From positions 1 through 51,557 of the forward strand of contig LVLI01000550.1 in assembly GCA_001687465.1 (NCBI GenBank): 51,557 nucleotides of DNA, in the 5' to 3' direction. The position numbers were made by a program, and so were the translations under genes. Source of the DNA: Halocafeteria seosinensis (Eukaryota). Shown here piece after piece: positions 24,801 through 36,691 of this stretch (position 1 is its first letter; the number at the start of each line of letters is the position of its first letter). The notes under the pieces are model-generated. The model worked only from the letters and a program-made list of their open reading frames with translations, had not been told where the DNA came from and did not search any database.

Positions 24801-27800
24801 CTTCACCGCGATACTCATACATTTCGCAAGACCTGTCACTTGCTTCGGCCTCGTGGAGACTTCTTCAACACTGTTATCCTCAATTCTTGCAGCAATACCA
24901 CGCATTATCTCGGTGGTCATGTCTGTGGACACGCTTCCCGAACTACCTGTGTCCCCTTGAGAAGCCAGGACCGACCATAGCGCTGTCTCGCCTCCTTCAG
25001 AAGAGCATATGCTATTGACAACACTCTCCAGTTTACCCGCGTCAGATGCATTGGCTTGAAGGACCCCACTGAGCGTCTCCGTTCCACCTTCGGAAGAGAC
25101 CATTTCGCCGGCACGCTCTTGGGCCTGGGCTGTGATTGCATTCACTGTATGCGATACCAAGGAATTCAGATTCTCATCTCCTGGGTTCTTCTTAGCAATG
25201 TTGATCATGAAGTCAAGTGCCCCCAAATCCACCATTGTGCGAACGGCGGCAGGAAAGTCGCTCAGCATTCCGAAACAACGAATAGCCGCCTCTCGTATTT
25301 GGGAGTTATCCGTGTGACTGGATAACGTGTCCATTATTACACGAACAGCGTCAACCTTATCGCTATCGCTTCCCTCCGCAGCAACACGGGATATTGAGGC
25401 AAGGCCTGAGCTAACCACATGATCGTCTGCGGTGTGCGATTCTGATAGAAGTGCCACAGCATTGACGAGCGAAGATACGACGTTCGAAGCATTGCTTTCG
25501 GTGACCACACCTTCCACCATCAAGAAATTCCCGAGCTTCTGCACGGAATCGCCTAAAGCTGAGAACATCTCCTCGGTCGTTTCCTCTGCATCCTCAATTT
25601 CTGCCGCTCTCCTGTCTACTTCATCCGCGTACTGTACTCCAAGTTCCGAAGTAGCCCCCATGCTTTGCAGAGCCTGTGTTCCCGCATTCAACACCTTGCT
25701 CGAAGTCGCATTGCTGCTCATAGCTGCCATTATTAGTCCCGATGCACCACTTTCTTCAAGACTATTGGAGAGATCCTCAATTCCGTACGCTTTACTGAGA
25801 ACAGTCAAAACCAGTTCCATGCAATCGGGATCATTGAGATATTCTTTATTCTTTTGGACAGCTTTCATTATTCTTCGCAGAGTTCCTTCGTCATGCAGAA
25901 GTCGCAGATTGTCTGAATTCCTTTCTGCGAGACCCAGTACAACCGCGGTAACCGCCCTAAACACTGACGTGTTCGTTTCTTCAGAATCGACACAATAGCT
26001 CGATACTATAGTCTTCAGCATGTTTCCAGTCCCGATCTCACGGAAGTAAGCCGCAGCTTCTGCGGCATACGCGAGTTTCGACATTAGGGTCAGAGCTGAC
26101 ACGAGTGTCTCCACTGGAGCATCTTCCCAGTTGTCGTCTACCCATTCGTTTACGACACGCTTAACTCTTGTGGTGGCTACCTGGTCCACCGTTTCTGGAT
26201 AGGTAGAAAGGGAGGCCAGAGCATCAAAGCAGCTCTTCAAATTTTGACTGTCCTTCTGCTTCTCTAATTGTTCGATTAGCCTTTCCAAAAATGCGTAATC
26301 GTTGAGTACGGTTGAAGCACCTGAGAAGGATTGTTTGGCGAAGTTGGAAATAAAATTCATGGACTCAATTACAGCAATCTCTTGATTAAGTGCAGTGCCA
26401 ATATGACTGAGCACCTGCTTTTGCTCCGGGAATTCTCCAGATGCAGCCAGGCGAGACAAGGCTAAGATCGCAGCTGGCAAGAAGGAACGCTGCTGTGCTT
26501 CCTTCGCCACTTTCATAAAGTCATCCATGATACCCACTATGGTCTTTCCACCATCTTCTTCCAATATGTCTTTACCGTAAGTGCTGACATTCGCAAAGTG
26601 GCCAATTCTCCCAATGGCAGATATCAGTTGGTAAGTTCCATCTTTCGATTTAGCCAGGGAACTTGTTGATTCAGAGAGTTCTTCAAGGGTGTCTAATGAC
26701 TGTTCGATATCGTCCCTAGTTACAAGTTTTGCCAAAAGAGAGGTACCCGCTTGAACTAGTTTGGCATTCGAGGAAGTAGCAGCCATTGCCTCCGTTACAG
26801 CATCCACGGCACCTTGCTTAACCAAAAGGTCAGAGCCTTCTGACGTCAAGGATATTCTCTCTAGGAGAGCAATGCATTTCTGGAACGACGCGGTAAAATC
26901 AGGAGTTTCTCGATTACTCTCTAACGCTGTTATAATCTGGCGAGTAGCTCCGTGCTTGGCGACCGCAAGGGCACCTTCATCTGTAGAAGCAATTCGCAGG
27001 AGGGTATCAACCGACGAACGGACAACGTTCTTTTCACTCTTGTTTGCTCTTAACGCAGCTCCACACGCTTCGATAGCACCCTTCCGCCCCAGCAGTGCTG
27101 CCCCCTCCTCACTGTACGCGACCTTTTCGAGGAACGAAACACAGTTGTTAACATGGTTCACGTTTCGGGGGTTGCCTTTCAATGAGGAAACGACTGCATG
27201 CACACCACCAGAGTCGTCCAGGGCGCGAACGTCTTCTTCACTTTTCATGGCAGTTGCAACATCATACAATGCTTTTGAGCACGAAACGAGCAGCTCCTCT
27301 CGTTTAGGAACATTGTGAGATTTCGTGACCCTCTTCAGACCATCGACCAGCGCATTAATACCTTCATTGCGCATAATCTGGGCAAATCGGGGAACAATCG
27401 AAAATGATGCGGCCTTAGTTATCATGTTTGAGGCTTCCACAGAGTTTTCTTCCGAGGGAGAGGAGAACAGCTTTGCAACAGACTTTGAGGTCGTAGTGAT
27501 CACGTTCTCCACTGAATCACCATCGACCAGTCCCCCCATTAACTCCCCGACTTCTCTTCTGACTGACTGCTCATTGTTATGCCTTACAACAGCACTCAGT
27601 GTCTTGCTTAACCCATCATGCTCTTGAATGTACTGCCTGTATTCCGGAATGAGACTTAGTGAGGTAAGCAGATAGCAACCTGCTTCGGCAGCTTCTTTCC
27701 TGTCGCTAGACTCTATAACCTTCAATGCTTTTTCGATTATGCCCTTTTCAACCATTTTCTCAATATTCGCTTCATCATAGCTCATGTAAATTAAGCAGCG

Positions 27801-29309
27801 CAGAGCATTAAGTTGAATAGACTCCGAATCCTCATGGGTCTCCATGGAGGCCAGAATCGAATCAATAACACCAGCGCTTACCAAACGTTCCATGTCATAG
27901 TCTACAGTGGCAAGGTGTTCAATAAACGCAAGACTGTTGTCAACAATGCTCTCGTCGGTAGAATCCTGTGCAAGGATTTCGATTACCTCACCGATTCCAC
28001 CGATTTCCTCAATATGCGACACGTACTCCTCGTTGGTCGCAAATTTCGTAAGGACAGACAATGCACATTGAACAACCTCTGCGTTATCTTCGTGTTCTGA
28101 TAGCATTTCAACAAGGTCCGTAGTCGCTCCTTCTCTGATGAGCCATTCGAGATTCCCCTTGCTAGTGTCTGCAATCCTACCTAAGGCTCTCGATGACGAA
28201 GTGACAGTTTTCGTATTGCCAGACTTTAAGCCTGACAAGAAAGCTTGCTGACCGCCACCTTCGACTATAGGATTGACGTTCTCCTCTTCTACAGCCAGGT
28301 TTGCAAGGAGACCGGATAAAAATTCCCTCTCTTTCTTGTTGTCTGCATTGTTCATCTTCTGCACCAAACCGGGAATATCACTGCTTGCCATTTTTGATAG
28401 AACTCGGCTTCCTGCTTTGCAAATTTTTTCGTCGCCAGCTTGCGTCTCCAGAGCTTGAGACAGTGCCCCCAATCCATCGCATCTTTCACGGATATATTCG
28501 GCATGTTCCTTATGACGGCACAGACGGTCCAATAAGCGAAACGATCCTTCTACCATGCTCCGTATATCCGTAGCCTCCGAAGATTCGTCTTTCGAAAGTG
28601 GAGAGTTTAGACTGGAGAGAACGCAGTTCACGGCTCCGGAATCCACCAGCTCCTTTGAACCACCAGGGATTTTGTTCAAGCGCTCCATCGTCCGAATCGC
28701 AGAGGCGCGTAGCCTATAGTCACTCGTGGACTCTCCACAATTATGGAGTTTTTTTAGAACGGAAGAAAAACTCCCTTGCAGCAAGGATTCGGGGCTGTAT
28801 AAGAACAGAAAAAGCATGTACATCAGAGTTCCCATAAAATACTGTATATCGTAGACTGCCACCTACTTGTACATGGAAACTGTTTCGAGCAAATCCAGTG
28901 TATCTTTGGAGCCCTCGCCTTCCGGATTTTCGATTACGCTCTCCAGCATTGACCCCATTGCACCGCTGGCGACCAGTTCTCCGGCCATTTTCGGACGCGT
29001 TGCCATCGCCGCCAAGGTTTGGTTGCAAGCTGCCAGGACCCCTTCATCACCCTTGTGTCGATTCAACACATCCGTGATAGCGTCGACAGCCCCAGCGTCA
29101 AATGCCGCGTCCAAGTTTTCTTCCCATCCCACTTGGGGAGGAGTGACGACCTTGCACAAGCACTGGACCGAATAAGAAGCGAGCTGTTTGAACTTACGGT
29201 GCTTGCGAATACTGGCGACCAGATCCACAACAGCTGCGCTGGTGCCAGCTTCCTTGCTCGCCGGTGCATGTGACGCACGCTTCTTGGCACCAATGTTCTT
29301 AGGCGGCAT
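21885..29309 (-). CDS. GAC: Giant armadillo-repeat protein (2450 aa) with internal WW and C-terminal PH domain; putative glideosome-associated connector homolog
   Basis: Two exons (29309-28867 and 28794-21885) with phase-2 intron 28795-28866 GTAGGT..ATACAG, 7353 nt in frame. Continuous ARM repeats (e.g. GGINAIIQAI...ALFERVS, CLSVLANLA, ALRALGNLS). WW: YQSHYDEDSGQFYYVDMSTGSTTWEEP. PH: LRSGQIMSVWKKG...IIWQDP...VDLRSVSEIKQG...CCLSI...WVDAF. The ARM+PH call is firm. The GAC assignment rests on architecture and on N-terminal similarity recalled from memory. Confidence 0.72.
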
Positions 29310-29325
29310 TTATCTCGTTTTGACC

Positions 29326-29342
29326 CTCTCTCTCTCTCTCTC
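29326..29342. repeat. (CT)n microsatellite just upstream of the ARM-PH gene start codon
   Basis: ctctctctctctctctc lies about 17 nt upstream of the minus-strand ATG at 29309. Confidence 0.85.
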
Positions 29343-29906
29343 GACCTACGCTTTGTAATGTCTGGTTCCGTTGGGCTCCAAGAGTTCAGGGTCCATCAAC
29401 AGGGGTAGTCCGAAGGGAGCAAAAAAGGTTGGACCACAATCGTTCGACGCTGTGCTCCACAATCTCAGCCCACTCAACCGAGACCGAGCAGTTGGATTTC
29501 TCTTGACAGGAAGTAACGTCAACACAACTAGTGCGACAAAACCCATACAATGCTTGTACACACTACTTCGATCGAGCTGCTCGCCACCCGTCCGTCGCAA
29601 ACTGCCGGCTCGCAGGTCGCAAGCTACAACCAACGATTCGCAACGAAGGATTCAATTGAGTGACCTTTTACAAGGGACGTAGTTCAATATACCACGGGAA
29701 GTGGGTATCTTTAACAGAGTATAGGTCTCATCCTACTCTGCTGTGACAGTGCATGTTAAACGAGCGGAAAGCATTCAAAGTGCTACTCAATGGTGTGGGT
29801 GTACGATTCCTCATTTCGGGGAATTAATCCCTTGGGAGGACTCGCAAAAAGAGAATTAAGGAGTCTGTACTCTCAAATAAAACAATCGCGTGGAAACTAC
29901 GGCTAA

Positions 29907-32900
29907 TTACAACTCTGCTATTGACCGAGGGTTCGCCTTGAATGCCGTCAGCAGCTCCCACAAGCTTGAGACACACCATTGTGCCACCGAGGAGCTTTCC
30001 GCTTCGCAAGCTAAGTACGACTTTTCCGAAGACAATCGTCCATGATACAGTACAAAGCAACATTCCGGATAAACAGACTTCCTTAAGTACCACTTTTTCT
30101 TGTGGCATGTTTCAACAGTCTGCTCGACTTTCCGTAACGACTTCAGATCGACGGTAACATGGTGCACCGTTTTCGTCGTATCTCTCCATCGAAGACAGTC
30201 GTTTCGCTCGCCAAGAACCATAATACGAGAAAAGGGCTTACCTTTCCACCAAACGTTCATCCTAACTCCTCTCTTTAGTTGATTTACGATGTAACTTAGG
30301 CTCTCTCTGTCAGTCTCCCCTTGGGTGACTGCTTCAGAGCTTCCACTATGCTCCTTCTCACTTGCAGGATTCTCTTCGGTGGCGTCAGACGGGGATGTTG
30401 AGGAGAATTGAGAAAGCACACGATTGGCAATTTCAGTAATTTTATCATGATCTTTATGGGCATCAGCCACATGCTCGACCATCTCCACACCTCCGGCTTC
30501 TCTCAAGAACTCTGCGTTCTCTTCCGATGATTCGGCTATGGTACCGCATATCCCAAGAGTCCAAACCAGCACGTCCGTTGCCTTCGGATGCAACGACACT
30601 GTTTCAGTTAGTAGAAGCATCCCGTCAAGTTCGATAAACATTGGAATCACGTCGCAACTTGCATTGAGGACGTTATCCAAGAGACAAAAAAGGCACCTCA
30701 AGAATGTTTTGTCTGTTTTGTGTAAACTGAATAACTGTTTCACCACCTCAAAGTTGTTTTGCAAAAGGCTTTCGGCAAGTGATACATCGTCTATCGAAAC
30801 AGTAAGGAGCACCATCGTTTCGATACACGAAGGGACGTTTTTCTCGAAGCGTTGAAGCGAAGCCATTAAAACGTCAAAAATGGAGGAATTTTGCAGGCTA
30901 CGAGCGACCACAGGAGAAAACGACAAGTTTGCCAAGACTCGCTCAACCCACGTTATCGTTTCTTCGGAGCTGCTGAAGTGATGCATTGCTTCAATCAAGC
31001 ACTCGACCCATCCGGTTTCTACTATTTGGACACTCACTGAGCGAGCAACGGATAAACAATCTAGAAGCTTCATCACATTCAAAATGATAGACTCGTCGTG
31101 TCCAACGTATTCCTTATAAACCGTGATCAGTACCGCCGCGAGGTTCTCTGCTTTCTGCACTTGTTCCGCGACTTGTGCATCGGTACACACGTTGTATAAA
31201 CTCGCAAGAGACATCAATGTTAAGGCTGAATCCTCTGTATTCTCCTTTAATAGAGAAATGACCACCCTTGGGCCTCCTTGCTCCTGAACCAGTAGCGGAA
31301 TAGGAGTCTCACTCGGGTCTGGTTCAGATTCCGGTATTGATAAGTTGCCGAGCAAACCTATACCCGTTTCTACAACTTCTCTTTCGTATTTATTCGCTTC
31401 GACTACTCGGCACACATGCTGCACTAGGCACAACTCTTCCACCATATACCGGTTATTTTCAGAGTACAGTGAGACGCAACCGATGGTACGGAGCGTCAAG
31501 AGGACCAGGTCTTCATCTTTGTAGTGTGCACGAAGCACGGATACAAAGATCTCACCGCAGGACCCCAGCACTAACGAAAGTGTTTCAGCAGAGCCGAGTA
31601 TCAAGTTGGATAAGACACACATACCCCTTCCCACGATTTCTTCGTTTCCTAAATGATTTTCCACGCAAGCACGGATCACATCTACTCCTTCTTCAAGGAA
31701 CTGGCGCTGCCCTTCTTCTGTATCCAGTGTCAAAACCGAGAGAATACCAACACAAAGTTCAACGGTTTTTTCTACATCAGTTGCACTTGCGAGACACGCT
31801 GTCACACTGTTAATGCACTTAGACTCGACAATGATATCATGAGAAGATTTCTCTCGAGTCTCATGGATGAACTGGAACACGCTAGACAGAATGTCCCCAT
31901 TCTTCGGGTTCTCCGCAATAAGGCCTACGATTGGCTCGATGATCCACGGTTCCGAAAAAATGTAGCCGTTGTTGTGGTGTCGGCTTAGAGAAACCAGATG
32001 ATCAATGGCATCTACTGTAAACTCGTTTGAGGCAGCTTCCTCCGTTAACCGGTTAACCACAAGCTCAACGTACTCTCTTTCGACAGACACCAGTTCACTT
32101 TCATTCCATGAACAGACAAGTTTAAATTTCTCCCTGCATTTTTCATCCGCGTATTTGGGGAGTGTACTCAAGTCACGCGTCTCCACCAGCAATGAATAAA
32201 TGTCGCTTAAGACCTTAGCAGGACGCTGGCTTCCGGGTTTAGCTGCAGTTGAGGGTGCTCCTTTAGGCGGTGGTGGGGGGATTGCCTTTGCATTGCTATT
32301 CCCTCTTTGGGATGAACGATGTTTGGATACTTTAGACTTCTTCTGAGCGCGGTAACCAGCATCGACGCTCGTGATTCTTCGCAAACGTTTCTGGACCATT
32401 TCGTCCAGGCCATCTTCTGTGGTTTGAGCCTCGTGCTCCCCGTTCGTATTCTCTTTATTCGAAATTTGTTCAATTGCCTGACTGCGATTGTAAATTGACG
32501 TGACGGGAAGCAGTCGTTGTGAGTGAAAGCAGGAAGTGCAACAGAATAGAAAACGCAACGTACCTGCAATTTTCCAGGAGTCCTTTGACCACCGACGCTC
32601 TGTTTGCGAAGGCTTCATCCTCGTATATAGCTTCAATAACTTCGTCAACGATACCCGAATGTATGATCGCCCTCGGTCTAGAAACCATAGGCTCTATGCA
32701 CTGCATGCACAAGTTGAAAACGTCGTCGTCCGCTTGATGCCGATTCATTAATTTTCTAATCGAGTCTAAGACTCCTAGATTCAGACACGCGTCTATCTTC
32801 TTCTCTCTGTCTAGATTCGAGGAAGTCTGAATCATGTTCAGAATGCATGATACCGAGTACAGAGCTAGTTTTTTAAACTTTCGGTGCCGATTAAGGTTGT

Positions 32901-32964
32901 TGACCTGGGTACGGGCCCATTCCAGGTCATCCGCCGTGGGTGTTTGCTGTTCCATTGACGCCAT
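29907..32964 (-). CDS. Shorter ARM-repeat+PH protein (991 aa); tandem paralogue of the 21885-29309 gene
   Basis: Exons 32964-32564 and 32481-29907 with phase-2 intron GTACGT..CGCAG, 2976 nt in frame. It aligns by eye to the neighbour at the N-terminus (RHRKFKKLALYSVSCI vs KHRKFKQLASYSVQCL), in the late ARMs (CVLSNLILGSAET...SCGE...RAHY vs CALSNLMYGSNEN...TCGD...RVHY) and in the PH domain (VWWKG...VDLKS...HKKK...CC vs VWKKG...VDLRS...HKKK...CC). Confidence 0.88.
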
Positions 32965-33402
32965 AATTCGCCCTGCCTCTTCATGAAAGTGTACAAAGTG
33001 ATACGGTGAACTGATATCTGGAATTAAAACTGCACAAAAGAGCCCGAGAAAGATATTACAGGGATAGCATGAAAAATCAGAACTGCGTCCCTCCCGCTTC
33101 AACTTTACTTTACCACGCCATGGAATTTTACACGTTTTTTCAATATCTATGGCAGTAGAAGGGAGGAGAGCCGGTATCCACAAGGGAGAGGCAGTGGTAC
33201 ACGTACCCGAGCAAACCCTTGAATTGTACTACGCTGGCAACCAGTGGCAAAGGGAAGAAGACATGGTTCAAGAATTGCGCCACAGCCACAAGGTCGCTAA
33301 GCCTCGCTTTCCGCATGCGACCGCAGCCACCCCGGGTGACCCGCCTCGGTGGGGAAGGAAGAAGATTTTGATGGGAAGTATACATAAAAAGTATGTCGGT
33401 AT

Positions 33403-36400
33403 TTACTTTTGCTGTTTTAGAGAGGTAGATGATGAAAAGCTAAGCATTGTAAACGCGAAAGCGACAAGCCCGGGAGAACTCCAATAAGCGCGATGCGCAT
33501 TTCGAGCCGCAATGTAGTCAAGTTTCTGCGGGGAAAAGAGTGCAGAAGCCAAAATACGGTGGACTAGGTAACGTAAAAACTTCGAGTTGTAGAAAGGCAA
33601 ACATACATCAAAGTGACTCTGTCCGCGCGGGATCTCGAAATCGATAGGCTCACCTTGCTTCCATGCCTCTACTAGTTCGTTTGCCTCCTCCTCGACTTCC
33701 GCAAATGGGTCTGAGGTTAAATTCGATGACGCGAAATAGCGTTGCATCAGGTCAGGCTTTCCTGATTCTGAATAGCTTTCACTCTCCGAAGCTTGCGAGT
33801 TCTTGCTGCTACCCCTTCTGGGAGGTGGTGGGGGAGGACTGTCCGTTTTCGAAGACGCCCCTCTCAACAGACTCTTGTTAGCCATCGATGACAACTCATC
33901 CCGTGACATTTGAAGTGCGACTTTAAGAAAATACTTTGCATCCGTACTTTCAGGCTCCATTACTGAGAAAGGGTAAGGGGAGGCCAAGTCCGCGATACCT
34001 TTCCCTGACGACACTTCTTGTAACGAGGCAGCTAAGAGTGGAGATAACCTCATGGCGACAGGGTCGCAGTCATGATACAAATTGAAATACTTAATGCCTG
34101 CCTTGCGTAGTGCCTTATACTTTCTCTTTATCTCCTCGGGAACAAGGCCGCGAGTTGTCAAATACAGTGCAATAGGACTCCCCATAGAGAAAAAGCACCG
34201 CGGTGAAAAACAGAGTCTTCCAGACTTAGACGACAGTAAATCGAATGCAATAACTGCACAATCATATAAAAAGCAGGAGCTTGGACGAGCTTGGACGAAT
34301 ACAGGATGAGTATTGCTATGGAAGGAAATAGCAAACTCACCTCCGCCGAGACTGTGACCAAATATTGCAAGGTTTAAGTGCTCCGTTTTGCCAACACAAG
34401 GGTGGCCAATCAAGTATTGCTTGTATTGCAAATTAAGTTGTTTAGCTACATGAGCCTGAGAAAGCAGCGGAGAAAATAGTGCAGGGAGTAGCGACAACAT
34501 TGCGGGGCTTATTTTACTTACTCGAATTCGATCTCCAAAGGGTCCGAAATAATTTGCACCGTTTACAAGGGTATTTGAAATGAAGTTTCGTAGCCGAGGT
34601 AGAGTTGACAGTTTTACAGTTGATAAGAGGGAAGATACTTGATGTAATTTACTTTGGGTTTGATCATCAGATTCACCGGGAAGATCGTTCGGAAGAATCT
34701 CGGTCGTAACTGTGGTTTTGCTAGCGGCTGATCTACCGACACTGCCCAGTGGGCTGATAGGACCACTGAGGGATCGCTGCATTTGAAGCGGAGTTTGGGG
34801 TAAATTCCCCATGCTGTCGTCACTGTCCGAATCTTCATCTGCTTCCACGGAGCTCCTCCCACTAGCCCGATTGCTGCTTGTGTAGCGAAGCGTTTCCTTG
34901 TTACTTTCTATATCGGTATCTGTTCTAGAGTGCCATGAAATGCCTTTGAGATCTATCCGTGCCACCCTTGCATCCACGCTTTCCTGTTCCACCGCTTCGT
35001 AGAAAGCGGAGTACATACGATTTACCTGTGCAACAAGAAGGAATACAACTCACAACAGTTGCAAACCTAGTAAAACCTCCTGCACAAGTCATACCTTTCT
35101 TGCCATCTTTTCTTTACCATGGTTTCCGACTCCGTGTAGCAGGAATACTAAATGATTTGACGAGTGCAACTTAACACGGGGTAGGGGAAACCTCAGTGAA
35201 AATGTTGCAGAGCCCGGGTTTCCTTCGACCAGGAGAAATCCCGCACCATAAAGCTCTTTCATCTTATGCGGTGTGGCGATTACCTTTCGGATCCATTTTC
35301 GGCGCCTGACGCGTTCCCCTCCCAATGATTTCTTAAACGAACCGATTCCGATACTACTTATTGTTGGCGGTCTCGGTCGAAATGTAAACGGTTCGTCCCA
35401 TGCAGTGGCATATTCCCAACCTCCACTGGAGGCAATCTTCTCATATTCCCACTTCGTCCTATTAACGTGCCTGCTATTGGAAGCTTGCGATTCATTACCT
35501 TTTCCCGGAAGCACGCAGCTATCTGGAAGCTCCACCTGCCACTCCGAGTGAGGATCCCAAACCCATCCAGTGGAGTCAACAGACGGAGAAAACTGAAAGC
35601 TCGTGTCTGATCCATATCTTCTACCAGAAGAATATGGACTTGAGGTATCGTGTGGGACGCACAGGCCACCAGCGATGGCTAGCTCTGCGGCTACTAACTG
35701 CGTAAGGGAAGTTGAGCTGGCTGGCCTAACGTCGCCTTCAGTGTGCCGCGAGCAACTAAGTGTAGGATGCAGTTCCATAGCAATTGCTCCTCTGGTATCA
35801 ACTTTCTTCGTCTTATCTGGCTCATTTGAGGCTTCTGCTTCTCCATCGTTGAATTCTACAACTTTTAAGGGTACAGGATGTTCAGCGCCCTTCTGTTGAC
35901 GCGGGTGCTGTGGTTGAGCACTGCTATCGCTTACCCACATTGATGAACCATGCAGTCGCGAATGCCAGCACTCAGTCGTTTCGTCCTTGTGTGCGTCGCT
36001 GTGTAATGGGTTTTCTTGTTGGAAGGGTACAAAACTTCGAGGGCCTCGCCACGCGTTTTCGGGTTCTTCGTCAGGATACGGCTCACTACACAAGCTATAC
36101 AGGGGAAAATATCCATCTGGGTCGCTTGAAAAGGGACAAAAGTTCTTCGGGGACGGCCTCCAGTTGTTGATCTTGGAATCAAAGCGCTGCCGTTGATAGA
36201 CTTCTACATATGCCGTCACCGTGTGTTGGCTCAAGTCATTGCTGTATTTGGCCACTTCTTCCTCCGACATCCAATGTTTGATTGTCGATACAGTTGCATC
36301 ATCTGCATTAGTGTGGTCCTCTGGGCCACCCACATCCAAGGAAAGATCTGGAAGATTGTCTTTATTTGAGTCTGCCTGGTACTGCGTGGAACTCACTGTC

Positions 36401-36453
36401 GCATAAGCACATGAAGCTGGAGGGGGGCGGGCACCCTCGTTATTTTTCTCCAT
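33403..36453 (-). CDS. DDHD-domain intracellular phospholipase A1 (PA-PLA1/DDHD1-2/SEC23IP family) with an N-terminal DysF-like domain
   Basis: HLVFLLHGVG; lipase elbow GHSLGG|VIAFDLL after removing intron 34254-34340; FFSMGSPIALYL; YFNLYHDCDPVAMRLSPL; terminal AHRAYWSS. Upstream WVWD..SEWQVE...GGWEYA..W...VRRRKWIR fits the DysF pattern. Confidence 0.87.
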
Positions 36454-36691
36454 TGTTGCCACCTTTGAGCGACCGGCTTCGGATAGAACAAAAATGGCAC
36501 AATCTGCCAGGCAGATTCATGGATCCTACAACAAGCCACGTTTTTCAATAGACTGTAATGGCTCCCACCGTGGAGGCGAAGAGATATCTTCGCAATTGTT
36601 CACGAAGGATTAAAGCGAACTGGCTAGGCTATACGATTGGGTCTAATATGGAGTGATCGGCGGTCTTATTATTCACCATTGTCTACACTCA

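Noticed and set aside
32370..32415. Possible WH2 actin-binding motif (GLDEMVQKRLRRIT) in the short ARM-PH paralogue
   Set aside because: The LRRI resembles LKKV, but the preceding helix spacing is a poor match. Too weak to call.
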